A stretch of 64,000 bases of DNA from Candidatus Latescibacterota bacterium (lineage in GTDB: Bacteria; Latescibacterota; UBA2968; UBA8231), in contig CBDETK010000013.1 in the NCBI GenBank assembly GCA_965242865.1, forward strand, positions 4,608,001 to 4,672,000. The letters are read 5' to 3'. A program made the position numbers and the translations under genes. The notes under the pieces were generated by a model. It saw only the letters and a list, made by a program, of their open reading frames with translations, searched no databases and was not told the origin of the DNA. Positions 1 through 8,742 of this stretch are shown here, piece by piece (position 1 is the first letter of the stretch; every line of letters begins with the position of its first letter).

Positions 1-1260
1 GGTGAAGTCTATAGCGTCGATCCCGCCTACAGCACCAGTTCCTTTCTAGCCGGCACCCAAAACGACGCAGCCGATATCAACTACGACGATGACCTCCGTT
101 TTGTGTACGAATTCGTTGATGACAACGACGACCAAGACCGCAACCCCGACTGGCAGCGGGCCAATTTCTCGCAGGATAGGAAAATTTTCCCCGGGTTCGA
201 CGAAAACAACGATTTCATTAACGACTTCAATCAGAATGACTCCGAGGATCGCTGGAATACGGTGCCAGACTACGAGGAGCCTTTTCTCCGCTACGCCTCG
301 GATCGGCCCGAATTCCTCTTTGGAGTCGATATGAACAACAACGGCATCGTCGACCGCTTTGAAAACGACATTCTGCCCGACTACCTATACAAACGGGATC
401 GGCGCGGATACAACATCTACGTGGGGTCTCATTTGGGGCCAGAGGCGCGGCTGACCGTTGGGCGCCTCGACGAGCGCCAGCTAGCCGACGCCCGCGAAAA
501 CGTCACCAATTACGCCTTGCTGACCTTTGACAAGGACTACGCCAGCAAGGGGCGCGTGCAAGTGTACAACAACTATCGAAGAGTCCAAGACAATATTCGC
601 GACGACGTGATTGAATGGGTGGTGCGCGAGGGGTCGCGCGGCGACTTAGTGCCCTATACCGATCTCCTGCCCCTGCGCGATGGTTGGGCCAATACCCTGT
701 ACTTGGGCTATCAATACCAGAGCGACCGCATCCACTTCAAAAACCGCGCTAAGTGGGAGGTTTTCAAGCAATCCAATTTCGCCGACCGCCCCATTGAGGA
801 GCAGGACATCCGCGAGACCGCTTCCTTCTTTGGGATCCTCAATAAGGTTGATTACACGTTTGACCTCGGCGTCCTCAAGCTGCAGCCGCGCTGGAAGAGC
901 GAGTTCCAGCGCCAGCGGCCATCGCGCCGCGAAGATACGCAGGTGCGGTTGGCTACTACGGAATTGCGCGAGCTCTGGTCTTTGGTCGTGCGCGTACCCA
1001 TCTTGGCGCGCACCGAATTGCAGACCGGCCTAGAGTACCTGCTCGTCGAGCAGTTCCGCGAGGATCTGGAAACCCACTTGCTGCGCTCGGATCGCAACGA
1101 GATGGTCTTTGCCCTGCAGTTTACCAACAATGCCGAATACCTAGGCTATAATCTGTGGACCCAGACCGGGTTCCGCGTGTCGCGGATCGATCGCGCCTCG
1201 GCCGAAAGGACGCGCACCGAAACAGCCATGTTCGTCACCGTGTTCGCTGGCTTAGAGTAG
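1..1260 (+). CDS. 5'-truncated predicted outer-membrane protein with acidic DxNxD segment; paralog of 45599..48328 and 48331..51051
   Basis: Frame is open from base 1 (GEVYSVDPAY...). Shares VDDNDDQD..FPG[FW]DENNDFINDFNQND..PDYEEPFLRY.SDRPEFLFG.D[ML]NNNG..DRFEND and C-terminal YLGY..FAGLE with both paralogs; alternating beta-strand-like C-terminal half. Confidence 0.8.
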   Translation, partial: GEVYSVDPAYSTSSFLAGTQNDAADINYDDDLRFVYEFVDDNDDQDRNPDWQRANFSQDRKIFPGFDENNDFINDFNQNDSEDRWNTVPDYEEPFLRYASDRPEFLFGVDMNNNGIVDRFENDILPDYLYKRDRRGYNIYVGSHLGPEARLTVGRLDERQLADARENVTNYALLTFDKDYASKGRVQVYNNYRRVQDNIRDDVIEWVVREGSRGDLVPYTDLLPLRDGWANTLYLGYQYQSDRIHFKNRAKWEVFKQSNFADRPIEEQDIRETASFFGILNKVDYTFDLGVLKLQPRWKSEFQRQRPSRREDTQVRLATTELRELWSLVVRVPILARTELQTGLEYLLVEQFREDLETHLLRSDRNEMVFALQFTNNAEYLGYNLWTQTGFRVSRIDRASAERTRTETAMFVTVFAGLE

Positions 1261-1270
1261 GAGGTTTTTC

Positions 1271-2029
1271 ATGCTGAACTATTTCACGCCGCTGCTTTTG
1301 GCCGGGCTGTTTTTTTCGGGCTGCTCCTATCGCTACTACGCCGAAGACCTCACGCCGATGAGCGAGGCCGAGCAAGGAGCCAACAAGACGGTGGCCGACG
1401 ACGGTACGGTGTCTTATAGACAGGCCCGGCTCGAAATTAGCCTGCGGCCGATGACCGACGAGGAGTTGAACCGCCAGTTCAGCACCTACTCCAATGAGGG
1501 CGCTGACTCGCGCAACCCCTACACTTTTGGCAATTCGACGCACTTTCGCACGGGGGACACCCCGCAGCGATTCACCGTCTTTCGCCTGTACCTTTCTAAT
1601 TACGAATACCCCAAGGTCTATCTCGACCCCAAAGAGGTCTATATAACCACTTCTAACGGGCGCAAGTACTACGCACTGAGGCACGAGCAGCTTTCGATAT
1701 ATTATCGCCGGTATGTCGGCGGCGGCATCGGGGGCAACGACCCTGGGACGCCCGGTAACGCTCGCTACGTCTGGCAGGAACGCATCGGCGTCCTGCGGGG
1801 TACGATGTTTCCCGATGAGGAAGTGTTCAGCGCCCAAGAGAGCGAGGGGTATCTCGTCTTTAAGCCGCTGGCCCCAGATGTGGAAGAACTGACCGTGCAT
1901 ATTCCCGATGTGGTGGTGCGCTTCGACTTCAAGGGAGATCCGATTGAGGCCGTGGACGTCGAAATGCACTTTGAGCGGGAGATCGGCCGCATCTACCCCG
2001 ACGGGAGCAAGGTGGCGACCGGCCAATAG
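1271..2029 (+). CDS. Lipoprotein of unknown function; paralog of 19362..20111
   Basis: GGAGG RBS; lipobox LFFSG-C; shared blocks VADDGT, PMTDEELNRQF, NPYTFGN, QRFTVFRL, RFDF. Confidence 0.8.
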   Translation: MLNYFTPLLLAGLFFSGCSYRYYAEDLTPMSEAEQGANKTVADDGTVSYRQARLEISLRPMTDEELNRQFSTYSNEGADSRNPYTFGNSTHFRTGDTPQRFTVFRLYLSNYEYPKVYLDPKEVYITTSNGRKYYALRHEQLSIYYRRYVGGGIGGNDPGTPGNARYVWQERIGVLRGTMFPDEEVFSAQESEGYLVFKPLAPDVEELTVHIPDVVVRFDFKGDPIEAVDVEMHFEREIGRIYPDGSKVATGQ

Positions 2030-2118
2030 CGCGGCACCGGGGTAAGCCAATTTCAACTCGCTGCGCGGTGCCGCTGGGGAAGCGGTGCCGCGCAGTTTTG
2101 TACACAGGTGATGCCATT

Positions 2119-3780
2119 ATGTTGCAGGGATTTTTTGTCTGCGGCCTCCTCTTAGCGGTCGCAGGTTGCGAGCGGGAAAGTGGACCGGCCACTCCGGTCT
2201 TGGCCACGGTGGCCGGGGAGGCGATCACGGCCTTAGACCTCGACCGCTTTGAGCGGGAATTGCCCGATTATCTGCGCTCGAAGAAGGAGGGCGTAGCGGC
2301 CCATCGCGCCCATTTGCAGAGCTTGATCGACAAGAAGCTCGTGCTGCGCGAGGCTAGGAAGCGGAAACTGGAGCAGCTACCCGGCCTGAAGCGCGAGCTC
2401 GCCAAGATGGTCAACAAGCGCCTCGTGGAGGAGCTGTCGCGCGAACTGGTCGATGCCCAGCTCGCAATTACCGAAGAGGAACTGCGCGCGGATTATGAGG
2501 AGCAAGCGCTGGGTTGGGAAATCTGGCCGGCGCACATCCTCTCGGCCAGCGAAGAAGACGCCCGCGCGATCATCCGCTTACTCGATGCAGGGGCCAGCTT
2601 CTCCGAATTGGCCCGCGAGCGTTCCCTCGCCGACGACGCAGACAAAGGCGGCAACCTCGGGGCCTTCTTCGGCCAAGGGGGGGCCGTGGCCAGCTTGCGC
2701 GCTGGCACCTTCCACTTGGAGGAAGGCCAAATCAGCGAGCCGATCCGCACCATCGATGGCTATGAAGTGGTCAAGGTGCTCAAAAAGCAGCGCATTCCCT
2801 TTGAAGAATTGCGCGACGATATTGCCAAGCGGATCAGTCGGCGCAAGTGGGTGAGCCGGCGCGAAGCAGTCATTGATTCGCTCAAGCAGGCGCACGACCT
2901 GCGCTATCACCGCGATCGCGTCCACGCCGTGCTCGCTGGGCTGCATGGCCGGGGACTGGACCAAGCGCACGCGCAAGCCCCGCTCGTCGAATACACCGGC
3001 GGGGCGATCAAGGCGGGCGACTTCGTGCGAGGGCTGCTCGATTTGGAAAAAGGCGCGTTGCCGCCCGACAGCGCCGCCGTCTTTCACGTGCTTGAGGTGT
3101 GGATTCTTCCCGATTCGCTGCTGGCTCTCGAAGCTCGCACGCAGGGGCGGCATCAGCGAGCCGATATAGTGGAGTGGAAAGAAAAAAAGCTCCAGCGGCT
3201 GCTCGCGTCCCAACTGCGCCTAGACCAAGTAGCGGGCCAGGTCGAAGTGACAGACGCTGAGGTTCGGGCCTATTACGACGACCACCTCGATGCCTACAAG
3301 TCCTTGCCCGGTATCATCGAGATGACCGAGGTGCTGGTCAATACGCACGCGGAAGCCGAGGAAATTCTCGTGCGGGCGCGCAGCGGGGAGCGGCTAAGGG
3401 AGTTGGCGATTCGCCATTCGGTGCGGCCGGGCATGAAGCCGGTGGGCGGCCATGCGTTCGCCGATAGCGGTCGGGTCACCCTTGAGTCGCTGTACCAGTC
3501 GCCGTACCGCACCTTCTTTGGCGACCACAATGCCAAAGACGTCGGGGTGCTGCAAGGCCCGCTAGAGGTCCAAGAAAAGTACAGCGTCTTTCGCCTCGAC
3601 CAGCCCTTTGAAATGGTGCCGTTGCCCTTTAAGCAGGTGCAGCGGCCCATTCGCGTCAGTATCCGCAAGCGCCGCGAAGGGGTGATTTTCGCCGCGTTCC
3701 TCGACTCACTGCGCCGAGCGGAGGCCGAGCAGGTGCAAATCAGCGAAGAAGCTCTCGCCCGTTACCCGGCCGCGCGTTAA
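2119..3780 (+). CDS. PpiC/parvulin-type peptidyl-prolyl isomerase lipoprotein (PrsA/SurA-like, two rotamase-like domains)
   Basis: Lipobox LLAVAG-C after ATG 2119; LATVAGEAIT, LQSLIDKKL (SurA_N-like), AHIL..FSELARERS..KGGNLG, GQISEPIRT.DGYEVVKV. Confidence 0.85.
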   Translation: MLQGFFVCGLLLAVAGCERESGPATPVLATVAGEAITALDLDRFERELPDYLRSKKEGVAAHRAHLQSLIDKKLVLREARKRKLEQLPGLKRELAKMVNKRLVEELSRELVDAQLAITEEELRADYEEQALGWEIWPAHILSASEEDARAIIRLLDAGASFSELARERSLADDADKGGNLGAFFGQGGAVASLRAGTFHLEEGQISEPIRTIDGYEVVKVLKKQRIPFEELRDDIAKRISRRKWVSRREAVIDSLKQAHDLRYHRDRVHAVLAGLHGRGLDQAHAQAPLVEYTGGAIKAGDFVRGLLDLEKGALPPDSAAVFHVLEVWILPDSLLALEARTQGRHQRADIVEWKEKKLQRLLASQLRLDQVAGQVEVTDAEVRAYYDDHLDAYKSLPGIIEMTEVLVNTHAEAEEILVRARSGERLRELAIRHSVRPGMKPVGGHAFADSGRVTLESLYQSPYRTFFGDHNAKDVGVLQGPLEVQEKYSVFRLDQPFEMVPLPFKQVQRPIRVSIRKRREGVIFAAFLDSLRRAEAEQVQISEEALARYPAAR

Positions 3781-3792
3781 GTCCGCATTCCA

Positions 3793-5832
3793 ATGAACGC
3801 AGGGGCCATGCGCGGCCGGTTTGCGGCCCTGCTGCTCGGCGTGGTTTTGGTCGCGCTCATCGAAGGGGGGTTGCGGCTGATCCCGGCGTTGGATCCGCCG
3901 CCGTTTGCCATCGAATTGGCGCGCGTTGAAGGTCGGGCACTCCACGCGGTCAACCCAGACTATGCCCGGCGCTTTTTCGCCGGCGTGGCTGAGCCCATCC
4001 GCCGCGGCATCCGCATGACCCCGCGGCCCTATATCGAACCCGCGCCCGAAGGCGCGTTGCGCGTGCTCTTTGCCGGGGGTTCAACGGTGCAGGGCTATCC
4101 CCACCCCAAGCGGTTATCGGCCCCGTCCTATCTCCAAGCAATGCTCGGCGACCTCTTACCAGACCGCCCGATCGAGGTCTTTAACGCCGGGATCACCGCG
4201 GCTTCGAGCTTTGCCGTGGCCCGCGCCGTGGAAGATGGCGTAGCCGCGCTCGGGGCGGATTTGGTCGTAGTCTATACGGGGCACAACGAGTTGTACGGGG
4301 TGTATGGGGCGGCCTCATTGGCCCAAGGCGGGCAAGCGGTGTGGATGAAGCGGGTCCACTACGCGCTGGTGCAGTGGCGGCTAAGGCCCTTGGTTGGCAA
4401 GCTGATCGGGCCGTTGGGCCACCAACCGGCGGATGGCCCCTTAATTGAGGTGATGTCTAAGGCGGGCGCGATCGCGGCGTCTGATCCGCGGCGAGCGCGG
4501 GCCGCGGCCAACTTGGAGACCAACCTCCGCGCCGTGGCGGCTCTTTGCCGGGCGCGGCACATTCCCTTGGTGCTCTGTACGGTGACCAGCAACGAGCGCG
4601 GTTTCGCGCCGGCGCGCCTTGAGCCGCCTTTGCCGACTGGGGAGCGCACGCGCTATGGGGATTTTTTGGCGCAGGGCCAGCGGGAGCAAGCCTCGCCGGC
4701 CGCGCTGGCGGCCTTGGCGCAGGCCGAGGAGCTGTACGCGGACGATGCCTATTTGCACTTCTTGCGCGGGTATCACTTAGAGCAGTTGGGCCACGAGGCG
4801 CGGGCTCGGGCGGCATATAGGCAGGCGCGCGAGTTGGATCCTCGGCCTTGGCGGGCGACCGCCGCGTTGAACGAGGTCGTGCGCCGGGTCGCGGCCGAAG
4901 AAGGGGTGCTCCTCGCCGATGTGGAGGATCGCTTCCGCGCCCACAGCCCGGCGGCCGGCGTGGGCTGGGAGCTGATGGCCGATCACTTGCATCCGGCCGC
5001 GGCCGGCCAAGTCCTCTTGGCCCGGTCCATTGCCGTGGCCTTGGAAGAAGCACCGGCCCCTTGGCAGGTCGCGCCCGGCGCGGCGGATCGGTTGGCGTCC
5101 GCCGACGAGTACCGCCGTAGGCTCGGCGACCTGCCCGTTGAGCGGCTGGCCGTGCTGCGGGCCATGGTCGCGCTCTTGGCCGCGCCGCCTCTGGATGCGG
5201 GCAACGAGCGTCGAGTGCAGACCTTGCGCGCACAGGCCGCGGCTCGGTGGGACGAACTGAGTGCTGGAGAGCAGAGCGGAGTTGAGCGTTGGCAAACGGG
5301 CGCGGGGCCGGATCTGCTGGCCCTGAACGTGGCTGAAGCGTGTTACGAGGCGCGGGAATACGAGCGGGCGCGGGCCTATTATCGCGCGGCCCGTCTGGAG
5401 GAGCCGTACACGATCTGGGGCGATTTGTGGAGTACGCTGCGCTATGTGCGTTGCGGACAGCTCGCGGGCGATGCCATTGGGCCGACCGAGCGCGCCGCGC
5501 TCTCCGCCCTGCTAGACCGCTTGCGCTTTTTGAGCGCGGCCCCGGACTTTTCCTTGGGGTTACAGGATTTTATTCGCGGCCATGCCCATCATTTGCTCGG
5601 GCAGCATGTCAGGGCGTTAGCCGCGCTAGAACGCGCCGCGCAAGACGCGAACATCCGCAAGACATTCACAACGGACTTGCTGGAGTTGCTCGTCGCCGAG
5701 CTAATGACTGCGGGCCGCTTGGCCGACGCCGAGCGATATGCGATAGAAATCGCTGCCGAGCAGGGCCAAGAGGCGTTTGGTCGCACACTCGTTGAGCAGA
5801 TTAGGGTCGAGCAGATTAGGGCGGTCCCTTAG
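3793..5832 (+). CDS. Membrane-anchored SGNH/GDSL hydrolase with TPR repeats
   Basis: N-terminal TM; SGNH blocks GGSTVQG, FNAG, YTGHNE, DHLHP; TPR-like helices. Confidence 0.8.
   Translation: MNAGAMRGRFAALLLGVVLVALIEGGLRLIPALDPPPFAIELARVEGRALHAVNPDYARRFFAGVAEPIRRGIRMTPRPYIEPAPEGALRVLFAGGSTVQGYPHPKRLSAPSYLQAMLGDLLPDRPIEVFNAGITAASSFAVARAVEDGVAALGADLVVVYTGHNELYGVYGAASLAQGGQAVWMKRVHYALVQWRLRPLVGKLIGPLGHQPADGPLIEVMSKAGAIAASDPRRARAAANLETNLRAVAALCRARHIPLVLCTVTSNERGFAPARLEPPLPTGERTRYGDFLAQGQREQASPAALAALAQAEELYADDAYLHFLRGYHLEQLGHEARARAAYRQARELDPRPWRATAALNEVVRRVAAEEGVLLADVEDRFRAHSPAAGVGWELMADHLHPAAAGQVLLARSIAVALEEAPAPWQVAPGAADRLASADEYRRRLGDLPVERLAVLRAMVALLAAPPLDAGNERRVQTLRAQAAARWDELSAGEQSGVERWQTGAGPDLLALNVAEACYEAREYERARAYYRAARLEEPYTIWGDLWSTLRYVRCGQLAGDAIGPTERAALSALLDRLRFLSAAPDFSLGLQDFIRGHAHHLLGQHVRALAALERAAQDANIRKTFTTDLLELLVAELMTAGRLADAERYAIEIAAEQGQEAFGRTLVEQIRVEQIRAVP
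5791..5820 (+). repeat. 15-bp tandem duplication (GTYGAGCAGATTAGG x2)
   Basis: gttgagcagattagg gtcgagcagattagg; encodes VEQIR VEQIR at the C-terminus of the SGNH gene. Confidence 0.8.
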
Positions 5833-5860
5833 CGAATAGGGATTGGGTCGGTTCTGGGTG

Positions 5861-6097
5861 TCAGGGACGTCCGTGGTTGCTTTGATGGCTTGGTTTGGCC
5901 GAGTTATTCTGAGGAGCCGACTGGCCGGTCCCCCCCGTAGGAGGCTTCGGAGGTTGTTGAGCTGGTCGCTCACTTTGGGCAGCTTGAGCACTGGCCACTG
6001 GTCGATACCCTTCATCAAGCGGACGATAGCCAGCCCTCTTTTCAATACCGGACTGTACCGGCTGTTGTGTATTTTCATTTCGACTGTTCTTTGCCAT
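5861..6097 (-). CDS. Small disordered Pro/Gln-rich peptide (78 aa) with tandem GYRP motifs and PPxGGTG
   Basis: ATG 6097 preceded by GAGG; overlaps the 3' end of the DUF6338-like gene; sequence EKRAGYRPLDEGYRP...PPKPPTGGTG. Confidence 0.6.
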   Translation of the reverse strand: MAKNSRNENTQQPVQSGIEKRAGYRPLDEGYRPVASAQAAQSERPAQQPPKPPTGGTGQSAPQNNSAKPSHQSNHGRP

Positions 6098-6704
6098 TGT
6101 CTTGTTCCTCTTGGGGTTTTTTGAAGAATTCAATTAGCTCGTACTGATCTTTCCGTATTATTGCTCCATCTGAGGCATCAATAGGTTCCCTGAATTTCCC
6201 GTCTTCATCCACAGAATATACGGTTTCCAGATAAATATCGCCCTCTGTTGGAAAAGAGGTTGCATAGGACTGAGGCCCGTAGTACCCGCCAATTTTGGAT
6301 CCATTTCTGAGTTGCACTAAAACAAAGACGGGTATCCTCTGGTCGAAGAAGTAATCCCAAGCAGTCGGGTATGGCAACTGAATTTTTGAAGCTAACCACC
6401 GCCATCTCAAAAGACGCCTATATAGAAAAGGCCAGACCACTGGTAACACCAGCAAAACCATCATCAAGCTCGCCACATACCAGTACGGATGTTCTTTTAT
6501 AAAACCACCTTGGTGAATTGGAACGAGAAGCGGCAAGCAGATGGCAAGGTTGAGGCTGCTGTAGAAGAGGGCCTGCACAAGTCCACTTTTCCAATCGATC
6601 TCTTTTGCCGCAAAGAGAAGTCGATATACGTGCATAGATATAAGCCCTGGTACTACCATAACAAGGAATAGAGTCCACGATTCCAAATCCGGGGCAATTT
6701 TCAT
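6075..6704 (-). CDS. DUF6338-like membrane protein (3 TM plus soluble C-terminal domain), low GC
   Basis: FLVMVVPGLIS, PTAWDYFF, VLVQLRNGSKIGGYYG, SFP..DIYLE motifs; visibly AT-richer than its flanks. Confidence 0.75.
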   Translation of the reverse strand: MKIAPDLESWTLFLVMVVPGLISMHVYRLLFAAKEIDWKSGLVQALFYSSLNLAICLPLLVPIHQGGFIKEHPYWYVASLMMVLLVLPVVWPFLYRRLLRWRWLASKIQLPYPTAWDYFFDQRIPVFVLVQLRNGSKIGGYYGPQSYATSFPTEGDIYLETVYSVDEDGKFREPIDASDGAIIRKDQYELIEFFKKPQEEQDNGKEQSK

Positions 6705-6774
6705 ATCTGCATTTCTCTTGAAAAATGTAAGGTCTCAACTTGGTGATTCGGGACATGCATCACAATAGAGACCT

Positions 6775-6803
6775 AGAATAATTTAGACGAATAACAAAAT
6801 CAA
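6775..6803 (-). promoter_or_regulatory. Putative sigma70 promoter for the DUF6338 islet
   Basis: Minus strand TTGATT-N17-TATTCT, about 70 nt upstream of ATG 6704. Confidence 0.5.
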
Positions 6804-6847
6804 GATCAGCGTGGAGATATTGATCTTGGGATAGAGGCCGATCCCAT

Positions 6848-8725
6848 CTATCGCACCGGGTCAGAAGCCGCGCTGACGCCTTTGCCTTCGACGAGGGCGA
6901 TGGCTTGGTTGGCGGCAAAGGGGCCGAATTGCTCCACTCGGCCCGAAGGCCAATGCACGACGAGCGCGTCGAGTTGCGGCCGGTTCCCCAGGCCCAAACA
7001 GATGCGGAGCTGACTTTGCGATAGGTACGAGCGGCTGCCGCGCAATTCCCTCGTCTGGACCCAGTCGCCGCTTTGAGCCGTCAGCCGGGCACCGATGCCA
7101 TTCGGGTTGCCGCTGGTCCCCACGAGCCGAATGGTGATCGAGTGATTGGCCGCGCCGTGGTCGTTGCGCAACAAGCTGAGCGGCTGCCCGGAGTTGAAGA
7201 CGAGCAGGTCCGGGTCGCCGTCGCCGTCGTAGTCGCCGGTGGCACTGCCGCGACTGACGCGCTTTAGGGAAAAGCCGGGGCCGGACGCGGCCGACACCTC
7301 GGCAAAGTGACCGCTGTCGTTGCGGAAGAGCAAATTGCGCTGTCCATAGCTCGTGGATTGGTCGATGTCGGCGACGTTGTCGAGGACGTGACCGTTGGCG
7401 GCAAACAGGTCGAGATCGCCATCGAGGTCGGGGTCGAAAAACTGGGTGCCAAAACCGAGAAACGGCAGCGAGGGAAGGCCCAGCCCGGCCGCAAAGGTCG
7501 CCACCGAGAAGAAGCCGTCTTCGCCCCGATAGAGCGCATTTGGCTCGGCTTGGAAGTTGGTCACCGTCAAGTCGAGTACGCCATCGCCATTGTAGTCGCC
7601 CCAATCGACCCCCATGCCCGCCTCCATCTGCCCGTCTTGGCCATAAGCCACCCCGGCCAGCCCCGCCCGTTCGACAAAGGTGCCGTCGCGGCTGTTGTGG
7701 TAGAGGAAGTTGCGCACCGCGTCGTTGGCCACGTAGATGTCGGGCCAACCGTCGCGGTCGTAGTCGCCAAAAGCGACCCCCAGCCCCTTGCCGCTCGCAT
7801 CGGCGATCCCGGCGGCGGCCGACACATCGACAAAGCGCCCCGCCCCGTCGTTGCGAAAGAGCAGGTCGGCTTGCCCCGGGAAGTTGTCTGGATGCGGGTA
7901 GCCGACCGGCGCAGGGCCGCCGTAGCTTTCGTAGCCGGCCATGTAGGGCACTTGCTCGGCGCGGGCCGCGCCCGGATCGTAGGCCACGTAGTTGGCGACA
8001 TAGAGGTCGAGATCGCCGTCGCGATCGTAATCGGCCGCGGCGCAACTCGTGCCCCAGCGCGCATCGGCCACGCCGGTCTGCCGCCCGATTTCGGCAAAGT
8101 GCCCGTGGTCGTTGCGAAAGAGCGCGTTGGGGCCAAAGTTGGTCACATAGAGGTCGAGATCGCCGTCGCCATCGTAGTCGGCCGCGGCAACCCCCATGCC
8201 AACGCCGCGGTGGGCGACGCCGGCCGCGATTTCGGCAAAGTGCCCGTAGTCGTTGCGAAAGAGCGCGTTGACCGGGGCCGCGTCCGGCGGGTCGGCGGCA
8301 ATAAAAGCGCCGTTGACCGCGTACACATCCAAATCGCCATCGCTGTCGTAGTCGAAGAAGGCGCCGCCGCCGCCCATGGTCTCGGGAAAGTAGCGCTGGG
8401 GGCTGCGGCCGTTTTCGTGCCGCCAAGTTAGGCCGACGGCCGCCGCTACTTCGACAAAGTGGAGAGACGAGCGCACGGGTGCGGCGTCCTGCAGCGGTGC
8501 CGGCGGTGCGGTCTCTTCGGCGGGGGTACAGGCCAGACCGAGAAGGCATAAAAGGAGAACGAGGCTGGATTCCCGCTTTCGCGGGAATGACGAAGCGGCG
8601 CAAAGCAGCGGCAAGACGCGCAAGGCGACGGGGCGACCGGATTTCCGCCCCGTGTCGGAGCACGGGGTGACGTCCGTGCGCGGGAATGACGTTTTATAAG
8701 CAAAAAAGACGGCGTTGATGAACAT
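6848..8725 (-). CDS. CRTAC1-family lipoprotein (FG-GAP/VCBS repeats plus ASPIC/UnbV domain); start uncertain
   Basis: Many DYDxDGDxDL repeats; ETMGGG..., GIGARL..RGSRSYLSQS..GLG..V.WPSG; lipobox LLGLA-C. Confidence 0.9.
   Translation of the reverse strand: MFINAVFFAYKTSFPRTDVTPCSDTGRKSGRPVALRVLPLLCAASSFPRKRESSLVLLLCLLGLACTPAEETAPPAPLQDAAPVRSSLHFVEVAAAVGLTWRHENGRSPQRYFPETMGGGGAFFDYDSDGDLDVYAVNGAFIAADPPDAAPVNALFRNDYGHFAEIAAGVAHRGVGMGVAAADYDGDGDLDLYVTNFGPNALFRNDHGHFAEIGRQTGVADARWGTSCAAADYDRDGDLDLYVANYVAYDPGAARAEQVPYMAGYESYGGPAPVGYPHPDNFPGQADLLFRNDGAGRFVDVSAAAGIADASGKGLGVAFGDYDRDGWPDIYVANDAVRNFLYHNSRDGTFVERAGLAGVAYGQDGQMEAGMGVDWGDYNGDGVLDLTVTNFQAEPNALYRGEDGFFSVATFAAGLGLPSLPFLGFGTQFFDPDLDGDLDLFAANGHVLDNVADIDQSTSYGQRNLLFRNDSGHFAEVSAASGPGFSLKRVSRGSATGDYDGDGDPDLLVFNSGQPLSLLRNDHGAANHSITIRLVGTSGNPNGIGARLTAQSGDWVQTRELRGSRSYLSQSQLRICLGLGNRPQLDALVVHWPSGRVEQFGPFAANQAIALVEGKGVSAASDPVR
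8565..8592. repeat. REP-like palindrome CGTCATTCCCGCGAAAGCGGGAATCCAG within the CDS
   Basis: Plus strand ctggattcccgctttcgcgggaatgacg; hairpin ATTCCCGC-N4-GCGGGAAT; reads SFPRKRES or VIPAKAGIQ. Confidence 0.85.
8637..8691. repeat. Second, composite REP-like palindrome with a nested hairpin
   Basis: ggatttccgc...gcgggaatgacg outer arms with inner ccccgtg-tcggag-cacgggg hairpin. Confidence 0.7.
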
Positions 8726-8742
8726 TTCATGCCTTCAAGTCA

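Noticed and set aside
5843-6124. 93-aa hydrophobic plus-strand ORF
   Set aside because: Antisense to the GYRP peptide ORF, which has an RBS and operon context; TTG start without a clear RBS
6801-6828. CAAGATCA-N12-TGATCTTG hairpin as a terminator for the leftward operon
   Set aside because: AT-rich stem, long loop and interrupted U-tract; it also overlaps the predicted -35, so its function is ambiguous
6861-8663. 600-aa Arg-rich ORF overlapping the CRTAC1 gene, plus antisense ORFs such as 7307..8431, 12307..13203 and 53822..55000
   Set aside because: Alternate-frame shadows of GC-rich repetitive genes; no motifs, biased composition
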